Source: a virus | Taxonomy: Duplodnaviria; Caudoviricetes | Reading direction: 5' to 3' (one strand) | DNA length: 64,000 nt | IMG/VR virus record: IMGVR_UViG_3300031992_000040 | Span: 44,675 to 108,674 of that record | Shown here: one piece after another, positions 29,537 to 38,563 of the stretch | Layout: each line of letters starts with the position of its first letter | Position numbering within the stretch: the stretch's first letter is position 1 | Program-made: the position numbers and the translations under genes | Notes under the pieces: model-generated | What the model was told of the DNA's origin: nothing | Database searches by the model: none | The model's input: the letters and a program-made list of their open reading frames with translations, nothing else

Positions 29537-29610
29537 TGGCAGAGAGCGTAGGAATTGAACCCACTCGACTTGAGATTTGGAGTCTCAACGGCAACCATCG
29601 CCTGCTCCCC
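29537..29610 (-). tRNA. tRNA-Trp(CCA), atypical structure
   Basis: 74 nt; anticodon loop CUCCAAA, T-arm GUGGG-UUCAAUU-CCUAC, G73 and encoded CCA; short D-arm. Confidence 0.8.
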
Positions 29611-29880
29611 ATATAGCTTTGCATAAGACTGAAATTATATTTTGCTCTCTCTAATTATTATATTATAATTCTAAGTCTTATACACAAACGCAAAGTATAC
29701 CGCAAGAGAGATGCGTTTGACAAATGCAATAAGCATAGTTTTCGATTTATGCACGGTCGTTAGAACAAAAAATTATTCAAAACATATATTCAGGGGGCGA
29801 AAAAACCGTGCTACGCCAAAATGAAAAACAAATCAAATGCGTAAGAGCTATTCTTGTCTCTTACAAATTAAGTATAGCAT

Positions 29881-30246
29881 TTATGAATATAAGTTGTCAA
29901 TGTATTTTTCAAACAATTTTTGCATCTCTGGTGTTATTGTATTATTACCAAATTTTCTTGAAATTTCTATGGCTTTCAAGGTCTTTACTGCATTAGAGAT
30001 ACTGCCGATATTATTATTTTCCATACACAATAGAATACAAAAAAGAGCTGCAAAAAACATTTCTTCACTAATGTCGCTTAATTCCATTATTTTTATGACT
30101 TCATCAATATATTTATGAACCTTATATGTTTCAATTCCAACTTGTGCTAAACAATCATCACAAGCATAAACCCCATTCGCTAATGTTTTAGTGGTCTTTT
30201 GTCCACATTGAATACATTTTCCTCTTTTTTTTAATCTAAATCCCAT
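29881..30246 (-). CDS. Hypothetical protein with N-terminal Zn finger
   Basis: CIQC...CDDC. Confidence 0.5.
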   Translation of the reverse strand: MGFRLKKRGKCIQCGQKTTKTLANGVYACDDCLAQVGIETYKVHKYIDEVIKIMELSDISEEMFFAALFCILLCMENNNIGSISNAVKTLKAIEISRKFGNNTITPEMQKLFEKYIDNLYS

Positions 30247-30617
30247 CTATTTAATTCCTCCATACAAATTTCATACATTCTAATATATTCATCTCTGCTA
30301 TGAAGTTTATTTACCGTTGTTCCTCTGCCAAGATACTTATACCAACTTATTTCAATATCTCCACATTTAAAATTGTAATCTTGTGAGTCTTCATCATTCC
30401 AATTATAAGCGTGCACTTCAAAGTTTTTTCCAATAAACTCATTACCTGTATTCGCAAAAGGGCTTTCATATTCTTTGTGGTTTTTATTCCACATTACTAT
30501 ACTTAATTTTCTTTCTATATCACGTAGAAGTGCAATTACCCACTGAGGACAATCATAAGGATGAATCGTGTTTGGGGAAAAAAGTATTTGTCCTAATTCT
30601 ACATTTGTCTGTGTCAT
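30231..30617 (-). CDS. Hypothetical protein
   Basis: Overlapping operon packing. Confidence 0.55.
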   Translation of the reverse strand: MTQTNVELGQILFSPNTIHPYDCPQWVIALLRDIERKLSIVMWNKNHKEYESPFANTGNEFIGKNFEVHAYNWNDEDSQDYNFKCGDIEISWYKYLGRGTTVNKLHSRDEYIRMYEICMEELNRWDLD

Positions 30618-30814
30618 TTTTGATTTCTTCCTTTCTTTATTTTTTCAAATTTGTTTATAAGTGATTTTTTTAATTTTACATTTATAAGTATCGCGCCATC
30701 ATTGAAAATTAAATTATATAAATCTCCAACGGGGATAATATCTAATACATCATCTAAATCAAAAGCCAACCACTCTCCATTATATTTAATACTTTCCAAT
30801 AATTTTGATGCCAT
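30614..30814 (-). CDS. Hypothetical protein
   Basis: Operon packing. Confidence 0.45.
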   Translation of the reverse strand: MASKLLESIKYNGEWLAFDLDDVLDIIPVGDLYNLIFNDGAILINVKLKKSLINKFEKIKKGRNQK

Positions 30815-31286
30815 AATCTTCTTCTAACTCCTCTAATGTTAATGGTTTTAATTGTATTATTACTAACATCCCATCTTTTTCGTTGTCATTATATATAGGA
30901 ATATTATGCTGTAATACATTGACATTTCTTTTTTCTTTTTCTTCCCACGGCAATGTTATATATTTTTCTTCTTCATTATCAAATACCAAATTAACGTGAG
31001 TGATGTCTCTATATTGAAGTCTATCTTCTAGCGAGTATTCCGATACATCTGAAAATAAATTGACCTGTGTTTTTAGCCCCTTATTATTAATATATACATA
31101 AAAACAATCACAATCTATCGGTCTTAAAATTTCTCCTTCTCTATATTGAAAAGAATTAATATGCAAAGACTCATTCATTTTACAAAATCCAGCCTTGTCC
31201 ATTAAGTTCGGCGTTAATTCTGCTACTTCTAGGTTTTCAAAGACAAGCTCTAACTTTTTTAATTTCAAATCTTTTTCTTTCCCCAT
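30786..31286 (-). CDS. Hypothetical protein
   Basis: RBS GGAGG before the ATG at 31286; own promoter. Confidence 0.6.
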   Translation of the reverse strand: MGKEKDLKLKKLELVFENLEVAELTPNLMDKAGFCKMNESLHINSFQYREGEILRPIDCDCFYVYINNKGLKTQVNLFSDVSEYSLEDRLQYRDITHVNLVFDNEEEKYITLPWEEKEKRNVNVLQHNIPIYNDNEKDGMLVIIQLKPLTLEELEEDYGIKIIGKY

Positions 31287-31312
31287 TTTTATTCCTCCTA
31301 CCATCTATATAA

Positions 31313-31341
31313 ATTATATAATAGAAATAATGATATGTCAA
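31313..31341 (-). promoter_or_regulatory. Consensus SigA promoter reading toward the tRNA/Ro60 cluster
   Basis: TTGACA-N17-TATAAT on the - strand. Confidence 0.8.
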
Positions 31342-31345
31342 CAAT

Positions 31346-31383
31346 AAAAAAAATGAAAAAAGAGCCCAAAGGCACTTTTTTCA
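31346..31383 (-). terminator. Intrinsic terminator
   Basis: UGAAAAAAGUGCC-UUUG-GGCUCUUUUUUCA hairpin plus U8. Confidence 0.75.
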
Positions 31384-31519
31384 ACTGCACTTTTTAATTC
31401 GAATTTACTTTTTCCAAAACTACAAAAAAAGTAAGGAATTAAGTCTTCATCTGATGGAAAAAGAAATAAATGATATAAGAGAATATCCTATCCCATCAGA
31501 AACAAGTTTAACTGAAGAC
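31346..31519 (-). ncRNA. Candidate stand-alone small RNA (~175 nt)
   Basis: Bounded by its own promoter and terminator; stems GUCUUCA/UGAAGAC and UCUGAUGG/CCAUCAGA; no sense ORF. Confidence 0.55.
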
Positions 31520-31525
31520 AATATT

Positions 31526-31554
31526 AATGTATCATATTATTATATAAATGTCAA
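31526..31554 (-). promoter_or_regulatory. SigA-type promoter for the small RNA
   Basis: TTGACA-N17-TACATT with extended -10 TG. Confidence 0.65.
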
Positions 31555-31557
31555 CAA

Positions 31558-32016
31558 TTACCACCATTTTTTTGCAACAAAAGTTCCTTCTTCTAATTTG
31601 TTGGTTATAAGGTGTTTTGCTTTTACATCTTCTACATTTACTAAATACGTTACACAAAGATTACTAATAACAACATCGTCCTTAAACCAATCTGCAATAT
31701 CTTCATATCTTGCACCGATAAATTTTGTGTGTTCACTTTCATAAGGTTTCATCCATCTTCCTGCATTCCACAAATCAATACCGATATAATCAATTCCTTC
31801 ATTTTCAAAAATATATGCATATTGATTAAGATTGCTACCAATATCCACAACCCTTTTTGGCTTTTCTTCTAATTCTAAAACTGCTTTTAATATATTTTCG
31901 TATGAATCTACATTGATGAAACTGTGCATTTTACAATCATCATATCTCATATCATCTTTATCGTTTATACTGTCGAGATATTCATACATTTCTTTCATAT
32001 TATTTATTTTTTTCAT
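31558..32016 (-). CDS. Small class I SAM-dependent methyltransferase-like protein
   Basis: RVVDIGSN motif I, YIGIDL motif II. Confidence 0.55.
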   Translation of the reverse strand: MKKINNMKEMYEYLDSINDKDDMRYDDCKMHSFINVDSYENILKAVLELEEKPKRVVDIGSNLNQYAYIFENEGIDYIGIDLWNAGRWMKPYESEHTKFIGARYEDIADWFKDDVVISNLCVTYLVNVEDVKAKHLITNKLEEGTFVAKKWW

Positions 32017-32228
32017 AATCTTTGTATTGTAGCACTCCTATCATTTAATAATTTCATTAAAGCCTGAGCCTCTTCTTTTATAATGGGTATTCCATCTTCT
32101 ATAAAATTTGTTAAAGTTATTTCTCTTCTAACCCTCCAATGATTTTCTGAGTCTTTAACAGTAATTATTTTAAAATCTTTAATATACATATCGCCAGATT
32201 TTACTCTATAAAATTCTTCTTTATTCAT
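32013..32228 (-). CDS. Hypothetical protein
   Basis: ATGA overlaps. Confidence 0.5.
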   Translation of the reverse strand: MNKEEFYRVKSGDMYIKDFKIITVKDSENHWRVRREITLTNFIEDGIPIIKEEAQALMKLLNDRSATIQRL

Positions 32229-32770
32229 TCTTTATCTCCCCCTGTTAATGTATTTTCAATATCAGTTATTTCTGCTATATCAATTCCAATATGTAATATA
32301 TCCTTTAATTTTTTATTTAGTTCTTTTAACATAGGAATTGCTTTTTCACATCTTGATTTATAATCTTCATAAGTTGGCATATCATATAATTCCATAAAGG
32401 TTTTATCTTTTGTCAATTTTTGTGGAATACCCGCTTTTTGTATATAAATATTTTGTTCAAAATCAAATAGTTGTTCTTTTAATCTTTCATTTTCTTCGAC
32501 ATTCGCTTTCAATAAAATTTCGTATGTTTTTAAAGAACCTCTAAGATTTTGAATTTCGTCTTGTAATTCTTTAAATCTATCAGTGCTAATCCATTTCATA
32601 CCATTATATTCAAGTAAATCTTCCCAATTAGTATCTGTATATAATGTTGGTTTTTCTTTTTGTAAATTAGTTATGTAATTATAATATTCTTCATATTTAT
32701 CTTCACTTATTTCACCACAATAATGGCAATTACCTATTAATTGTAATATTTCTTTTGTCTCATCACTCAT
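32225..32770 (-). CDS. Hypothetical coiled-coil protein
   Basis: Operon packing. Confidence 0.5.
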   Translation of the reverse strand: MSDETKEILQLIGNCHYCGEISEDKYEEYYNYITNLQKEKPTLYTDTNWEDLLEYNGMKWISTDRFKELQDEIQNLRGSLKTYEILLKANVEENERLKEQLFDFEQNIYIQKAGIPQKLTKDKTFMELYDMPTYEDYKSRCEKAIPMLKELNKKLKDILHIGIDIAEITDIENTLTGGDKE

Positions 32771-33092
32771 AATCTTTGCATTCCTTTGATAAACTAATTT
32801 CTAATGCTAAATTGTTATCATAAAAATTATATCCTATCGAACAAATATAACTTTTTAATATTTCTTCATTAAATATTTTTTTACATATATCCCAAGTATA
32901 TTGTTTCTCACTAAAATCATATATTCCAAATTCAAACCACTCATTTTCTTTATATTCATCATAATTATAAGGCAAATATATCCTTATTATCTTTGTGTCA
33001 TATATATCTTTTTTATATTCGTTACTATAACCTGCAAAATCTCTAAAATTAAAAGTTTTTATAAATTGTTCAAATGTTATTCTTTTACTCAT
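32763..33092 (-). CDS. Hypothetical protein
   Basis: Operon packing. Confidence 0.5.
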   Translation of the reverse strand: MSKRITFEQFIKTFNFRDFAGYSNEYKKDIYDTKIIRIYLPYNYDEYKENEWFEFGIYDFSEKQYTWDICKKIFNEEILKSYICSIGYNFYDNNLALEISLSKECKDYE

Positions 33093-33202
33093 AAATTTAT
33101 TTAATCTCCCACATATAACTTCTAATAATGTCCATAATTGTTTTATAGACTAAATATCTATCCCAATAAATTGGTGTAGTAGTTTCTCTGTTCATAATTT
33201 AT

Positions 33203-33481
33203 TTAATTTCCTTCATAATAATCATCCACTGTGCCACTTAAATCATTAAATATAATCATTATTTCAGTTTCCCATCTTGAATTTTGTGGAGCAAAGTTTT
33301 GAGATAATATTCCTGCTAAATTATCCCAATCCATATATGCAAGTTCAGGAGCACGGTAGCGACTATCTCTTTTTACTTTTTCTATTTGTTCAATAATATT
33401 AGCAACTCTTTCTTCATTAAAATCACATTGTTCATCTATAACTTTAATAATTTTATCTGCTACATCTACTATATTTCTCAT
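33203..33481 (-). CDS. Hypothetical protein
   Basis: RBS AGGAG; operon packing. Confidence 0.55.
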   Translation of the reverse strand: MRNIVDVADKIIKVIDEQCDFNEERVANIIEQIEKVKRDSRYRAPELAYMDWDNLAGILSQNFAPQNSRWETEIMIIFNDLSGTVDDYYEGN

Positions 33482-33488
33482 ATTCTAT

Positions 33489-34004
33489 TTACTCCTGACT
33501 TTCTAAATTGTGTTTATGATAACAATATAACATATCAAATCCAGCCGAATAATTTACATTTTTCCAATCAATCTTCTGTTCAATATCATCAACCACTTTA
33601 GTCATATAAGGTTTTAAATCAATAAATAATTTGTAAAAAGTTTTACCAATATATTCGTCACTAAAAGCAAAACTTAATTTTGAATAAGTTAAAAAATTGC
33701 CTTTATAATCTGTTATTAATAATTCACATTCGTCACAATATTTTCTAAAAGATAATTCACTACTTCTACTAACTGGTTTATCATAATAACCTTTGCAACC
33801 ATATTTATCTCCATCAGGTAAATCATTATATTCTTCTTCTGATATAAATTCTTTTTTTAAAGGTTTATTTTTAGTTTCATATACGACTAAATCATCTCCA
33901 CTGAAGCCTAATGGTGCAACATTAGTTATTTCATCATTTCTTATTTTTTTTACATAATTAATAAAATCTTGTTCTGTTATTTTATTTAATTCTTTCATAA
34001 GCAA
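33489..34004 (-). CDS. Hypothetical protein
   Basis: Operon packing. Confidence 0.55.
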   Translation of the reverse strand: MLMKELNKITEQDFINYVKKIRNDEITNVAPLGFSGDDLVVYETKNKPLKKEFISEEEYNDLPDGDKYGCKGYYDKPVSRSSELSFRKYCDECELLITDYKGNFLTYSKLSFAFSDEYIGKTFYKLFIDLKPYMTKVVDDIEQKIDWKNVNYSAGFDMLYCYHKHNLESQE

Positions 34005-34022
34005 TTCACTTCACTTTCTACT

Positions 34023-35219
34023 TTATTCGCTAGCTTTAAAATTATATATTGGCTTTATTATTTTTTCTACTTCAACTGTATCTTTTATACGTTCTAATAT
34101 TTCTTGCATTGGTTTATATACCATAGGTGCTTCATCTATTGTTTCCTCATTTACTGATGTTGTATATATACCGTCCATTGATTTTTTGTAATCATCAATA
34201 TTTAATGTTTGCCTTGCTATGTTTCTTGACATTGTTCTACCAGCTCCGTGTGGTGCAGAATAATTCCAATCTTCATTGCCTTTACCAATGCCTATAATAC
34301 ATCCATCTCTCATATTCATAGGTATAATAACTTTTTCACCTTTTCTTGCTGATATTGAACCTTTTCTAACAATGTTATCTTCAAAATTTATATAATTATG
34401 AATACATTGGAAATAATCTTCACTTAATATACTCATCTCTTTACAAATTTTATAAGCAATATAACTTCTATTTAATAATGCAAACTCTTGACATAGTTTC
34501 ATATCGTGCAAATAATCTTCTCTATCTTTTCCTTCTAAATAACATAAATCTTTTGGCAATTTAGTTTTTCCATTATATTTAGCATTAATTTCTGTTAATA
34601 CTTTTTGTATTTCCTTTTCTCTGCCTTGTTCTTTATATTCTTTAATTACTTTTTGCTTTTCATCGTTCATTTCTTTTTTGTATGAACAATATTCTATCGC
34701 TTTATTTTGATATATTTCGGCAACTTGTTTTCCTAAATTTCTCGAACCCGTATGAATAACTAAATATTTGTTATTTTCATCATCAACATCAATTTCAATA
34801 AAATGATTACCACCACCTAGTGAGCCTAATGACTTTTCTAACCAACCATCTTTATTTTTTAATTCTTTATAACAATATAATTGAGTAAAGTCATAATCTT
34901 TAACTTTTTTTTCATGAACATTCATTCCACTTGGTATATATTTTCTAATAATCTTATCTAATTTCTCTAAATCTAATTCTATATTTCCTAAATTGACACA
35001 TAACATACCACAACCAATATCAACACCCACTATGTTTGGTATTACTTTATCACCTAAATTGCCAGTAAAACCTATTACGCAACCTGCTCCTGCATGAACA
35101 TCTGGCATTATTCTAATTTTACAATCTTTAAATGCTTCTTGTTCTAATAATAAATCAATTTGTTCTTTTGCGCTTTGTTCTATATTGTTTGTAAATATTT
35201 TTAAGTCTTTCATAATCAA
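34023..35219 (-). CDS. rtcB: RtcB family RNA 2',3'-cyclic phosphate/5'-OH ligase
   Basis: MPDVHAG, VGVDIGCGM, GSLGGGNHFIE, HTGSR, HNY, SAPHGAGR, DEAPMVYK. Confidence 0.93.
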   Translation of the reverse strand: MIMKDLKIFTNNIEQSAKEQIDLLLEQEAFKDCKIRIMPDVHAGAGCVIGFTGNLGDKVIPNIVGVDIGCGMLCVNLGNIELDLEKLDKIIRKYIPSGMNVHEKKVKDYDFTQLYCYKELKNKDGWLEKSLGSLGGGNHFIEIDVDDENNKYLVIHTGSRNLGKQVAEIYQNKAIEYCSYKKEMNDEKQKVIKEYKEQGREKEIQKVLTEINAKYNGKTKLPKDLCYLEGKDREDYLHDMKLCQEFALLNRSYIAYKICKEMSILSEDYFQCIHNYINFEDNIVRKGSISARKGEKVIIPMNMRDGCIIGIGKGNEDWNYSAPHGAGRTMSRNIARQTLNIDDYKKSMDGIYTTSVNEETIDEAPMVYKPMQEILERIKDTVEVEKIIKPIYNFKASE

Positions 35220-35366
35220 TTCACTTTACTTTCTAAACTAAAATATAATTCCGATATGGAACATCTATCATCGAAATAAATTTTGTTTCAAATATTACTG
35301 TTTTTCCCTTTTTATCTTTATATAAATACAATGCTTTTGTATATTTCATCACCATTCACTCCACTT

Positions 35367-36248
35367 TTATTTTTTTATTATTTGAAACATTTCTGTTATT
35401 GATTTTTTTAATGGATAACCTTCTTTTACCAAAGAACTTTTGTGAAAAGTTTTATTTACTGCGTCTATATAAAAACTCGTTTCTCCATCATTGCCCTGAT
35501 AAATAGTCTTCCATTGTTCTTCTGTAAATATATGTTGTGGCTCTAATTGTTCAATAGCCAAATTATCCAATGAAATCAATTTAAACTTTTTTATATATTT
35601 ATCAAGATTATTCTTTAACCATTCAATTTTACCGTCAACATCTTTGTCTTGTTCTCTGTATTTTATTCCTCTTTCTAAGTTTTTATACCCGAGTATAAGT
35701 ATTTTACAGTTAAATTGTGAAAGATAGTCAAATACATCTTTACCGTGAACTCCTGCAATTAAATGTATTATTGCATTATCATTTTCTGCTACATTTTTCC
35801 ATAGCAAATCAAACCTTGCTTTATATGAAACACCCAATCCTTTTATTAAATCCTCATCAATAAGTTCGTTAATAAGCATAACTTTCTCTACAAATTCTGG
35901 TTGACTTACAGTCATATTTGCTATTATACCTTTTTCTTTCAATTTTCGTAAAAATGGTTTTAAATCTGGGTGAGTAGTGACAGAGCCACCACCAATAGCA
36001 CACTCTTCTCCTGCAATCATAGTGTCAATAAAATCTAGGTTCATAATATCTGCGTGCTTACCTTCTTGTGTGCAACCAGCATAACAATATGGACAACCGA
36101 CTTCACAATATTTAGTTATACAAAGGTCTATACTTAAAGGATATTCTAAATTTAGTTTCTCGTGGTCTGGATAATCCACAATTCTTGTTCCATCATCAAA
36201 AATGGATACTTCTGCATTTCCATTTTTATATTTATTAAGCAACTTCAT
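35367..36248 (-). CDS. Radical SAM enzyme (no SPASM domain)
   Basis: CEVGCPYC CxxxCxxC motif, AIGGG, ANMTV. Confidence 0.85.
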   Translation of the reverse strand: MKLLNKYKNGNAEVSIFDDGTRIVDYPDHEKLNLEYPLSIDLCITKYCEVGCPYCYAGCTQEGKHADIMNLDFIDTMIAGEECAIGGGSVTTHPDLKPFLRKLKEKGIIANMTVSQPEFVEKVMLINELIDEDLIKGLGVSYKARFDLLWKNVAENDNAIIHLIAGVHGKDVFDYLSQFNCKILILGYKNLERGIKYREQDKDVDGKIEWLKNNLDKYIKKFKLISLDNLAIEQLEPQHIFTEEQWKTIYQGNDGETSFYIDAVNKTFHKSSLVKEGYPLKKSITEMFQIIKK

Positions 36249-36447
36249 TATTTTCCCCCAACTTTCTTAATATATCTAACTTTTTTGCAACTTCCTCATA
36301 AGATTTTCCCATACAAATAGGAATATATCCATTAAAACATTTCTTTTTATATAAATCTTCGTTTATTTTTATTGCTTCTTCTAATGTTATTATATTATAA
36401 GCGTCTTGCTCTGGACTATATTCTCCTAAATAATACATATTAATCAC
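36235..36447 (-). CDS. Hypothetical protein
   Basis: Operon packing. Confidence 0.5.
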   Translation of the reverse strand: MINMYYLGEYSPEQDAYNIITLEEAIKINEDLYKKKCFNGYIPICMGKSYEEVAKKLDILRKLGENNEVA

Positions 36448-36860
36448 CTCTCTTTAAATATTTTTCTATCAATCCAAAAGAAAATGATACCACCAATTAA
36501 ATTGGCTATTATTGTTTCTAAAATAGTATTTGTATGCAATAAATACAATACTATAGCCAAAGTAGGTGTGCTAAGTTGCCATCTAAATAAATACAGTAGA
36601 AACTTTTTTATAGTTAATTTCCCTTTTCCAAAACTTCTTTTATTAATAAGTTCTACTAATTCTAAATTTTTATTATTTGCTCTTTCTAACTCTTTTGTTG
36701 TATCACATAAATCTTTTGCAAAAGCCTTTATTCCTTCATCTTTTATTTTTATAATATCATTTAATCTTTCAATTTCTTTCTTGTATTCTTCTATTGTTGG
36801 GTCTTGCCATCTTGTTAAAACCTCAACTTCTTTTCCATCATCTGCCATTATTCCTCCCAA
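36444..36860 (-). CDS. Coiled-coil protein with C-terminal membrane hairpin
   Basis: YLFRWQLSTPTLA...IANLIGGIIFFWIDR. Confidence 0.55.
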   Translation of the reverse strand: MGGIMADDGKEVEVLTRWQDPTIEEYKKEIERLNDIIKIKDEGIKAFAKDLCDTTKELERANNKNLELVELINKRSFGKGKLTIKKFLLYLFRWQLSTPTLAIVLYLLHTNTILETIIANLIGGIIFFWIDRKIFKER

Positions 36861-37180
36861 CCAAGTTCATCGTATTGCATTTGTATTGCTAATAATTCTT
36901 TTTTATTAAGTGGAGCACTAATTCTACAATTATGTTTTTTAGAATACGCCCCAATCCAGACTCTTTTTGTATAAAATCTAAATTCTATATCTTGTATAAA
37001 GTCTTCGTTTTCACTACGGTATAATATATACGGTTCATCCTGCGTTACCCAACCACCATTTTCTTTGTTATTAGAAATATTATGGCATATTTTTTTATAC
37101 CCAAGTTCAGCAAATAAATCTTCTGCCATTTTATTTTCCAATAGTGTAACGCAATTTTTGTTCACATCCGTCTCCGTCAC
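36848..37180 (-). CDS. Hypothetical protein (start uncertain)
   Basis: Operon packing. Confidence 0.45.
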   Translation of the reverse strand: MTETDVNKNCVTLLENKMAEDLFAELGYKKICHNISNNKENGGWVTQDEPYILYRSENEDFIQDIEFRFYTKRVWIGAYSKKHNCRISAPLNKKELLAIQMQYDELGWEE

Positions 37181-37412
37181 AATATATATGTCCGCTCAAC
37201 ATATATATATTATTACCGTAGTTAACGTGACGATGGCAATTAGGACATTCTACGGTATAATTTAACTCATCATCACTATTATTTTTATCGATTATTTTTA
37301 TTGGCGGTTGAGATAAACTTGCATATATATATTCATCTAAGCTTCTATCTACAAAATTTTCTCCAGTTATTGTGGCATTTATCATTTTTGCCACCAAATC
37401 TATTTTATTCAT
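37131..37412 (-). CDS. Zinc-ribbon protein
   Basis: CPNC...C-x4-C. Confidence 0.5.
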   Translation of the reverse strand: MNKIDLVAKMINATITGENFVDRSLDEYIYASLSQPPIKIIDKNNSDDELNYTVECPNCHRHVNYGNNIYMLSGHIYCDGDGCEQKLRYTIGK

Positions 37413-37413
37413 A

Positions 37414-38193
37414 TTAATTACCTTTTAAGAATACATCGTTTTCTTTTTCGTATTCTCTTAATTTATCCCAAAACTCTCCAGTTTCAAAAGTATATTCTTC
37501 CCAATATCTATCCCAATATTCATCTTTAATACAACCACGCTCATCTAACCATTCCTTTGGAGGCAATTCTCCTTTTTCGTTCATCCTATGGTCGCCTTCT
37601 TTATAGTCATATTCAAACCCTATTGTTTTAATATTATAGCCACGATATTCATCTCCACCGATAGTTATATAAGAATCTTTATTAAAAATAAATCTTTTTA
37701 AAAATTCATCGTCATTAAATACTTTATCAAAAAAATCTTTTCTATCAGCAAATTCTCCAACGTGGTCAACAAATGGGTGAAACCAACTTCTATCTAAAAA
37801 GTCATATTCTTCACTTTTTTCTCCATTTGTGTCGATACATTTGAAAATATCATTAGGTTTTGGGTCATTTTTATATGGTTTATATTCAACAATATTATAA
37901 ACTTCATTATATATTTTATTTATTCTTTCTTTAAAAGAGTTAACCATATCTTTTGTTATTTGATATTGGTCTTTACTCCACTCATACCCTACTAATTCAC
38001 GAATTGTAATATATAAATAGGCTAATTTCTCATCCCAATCATCGACAAGCCTACTTTCTTCTCTCCCATAAGCATAATTGTGGTCTAAACTATCATTAAG
38101 ATTATAATTTTCTTCATCAACTTCGTGTGGAATAACTAATGCGTGTGTAGAAGAAGAATTGGTTTCAAATGTCCCTTTTCTAATTAATTTCAT
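37414..38193 (-). CDS. FETNSSSTHA-motif protein, paralogue A
   Basis: N-terminal MKLIRKGTFETNSSSTHALVI; FVDH; IGGDE; ends KGN. Confidence 0.7.
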   Translation of the reverse strand: MKLIRKGTFETNSSSTHALVIPHEVDEENYNLNDSLDHNYAYGREESRLVDDWDEKLAYLYITIRELVGYEWSKDQYQITKDMVNSFKERINKIYNEVYNIVEYKPYKNDPKPNDIFKCIDTNGEKSEEYDFLDRSWFHPFVDHVGEFADRKDFFDKVFNDDEFLKRFIFNKDSYITIGGDEYRGYNIKTIGFEYDYKEGDHRMNEKGELPPKEWLDERGCIKDEYWDRYWEEYTFETGEFWDKLREYEKENDVFLKGN

Positions 38194-38553
38194 TTACCAT
38201 CTATCTCCTTTATAAATACTCATAATTATTTTATCATCAAGTTCTTTTTGTTCAACTTCTGCATAATTATTTATATATTCTGGAGAGGCATTTCCATCTT
38301 CAATTACATCATAGTAATCACTTTCCATAAAATCATATTCGTTATCAAAATGCTCCCCATTATAATCTATAGAGCCATCTGCATTTCTTATGATTTTTTT
38401 ATCGTTATCACTTAAATCTTCAACTTCTCCAGTATAAAGATTTAAAACCTTTTCATTATTTTGCCAAGCCTTATAGTCTTCTTTAGACATAATTACAAGT
38501 GCGTGTGTGCTACTACTGTTAGTTTCAAAAGTATTTCTTCTTATTAATTTCAT
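38194..38553 (-). CDS. FETNSSSTHA-motif protein, paralogue B
   Basis: N-terminal MKLIRRNTFETNSSSTHALVI; RBS GAGGTG before the ATG at 38553. Confidence 0.7.
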   Translation of the reverse strand: MKLIRRNTFETNSSSTHALVIMSKEDYKAWQNNEKVLNLYTGEVEDLSDNDKKIIRNADGSIDYNGEHFDNEYDFMESDYYDVIEDGNASPEYINNYAEVEQKELDDKIIMSIYKGDRW

Positions 38554-38563
38554 ATTGACACCT

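Noticed and set aside
29537-29610. tRNA-Pyl or suppressor tRNA
   Set aside because: The anticodon is CCA, not CUA/UCA, and no pyl genes or recoded ORFs are seen
31454-31744. 96-aa + strand ORF
   Set aside because: It lies antisense to the methyltransferase-like gene and the sRNA promoter and has no RBS; probably a shadow ORF
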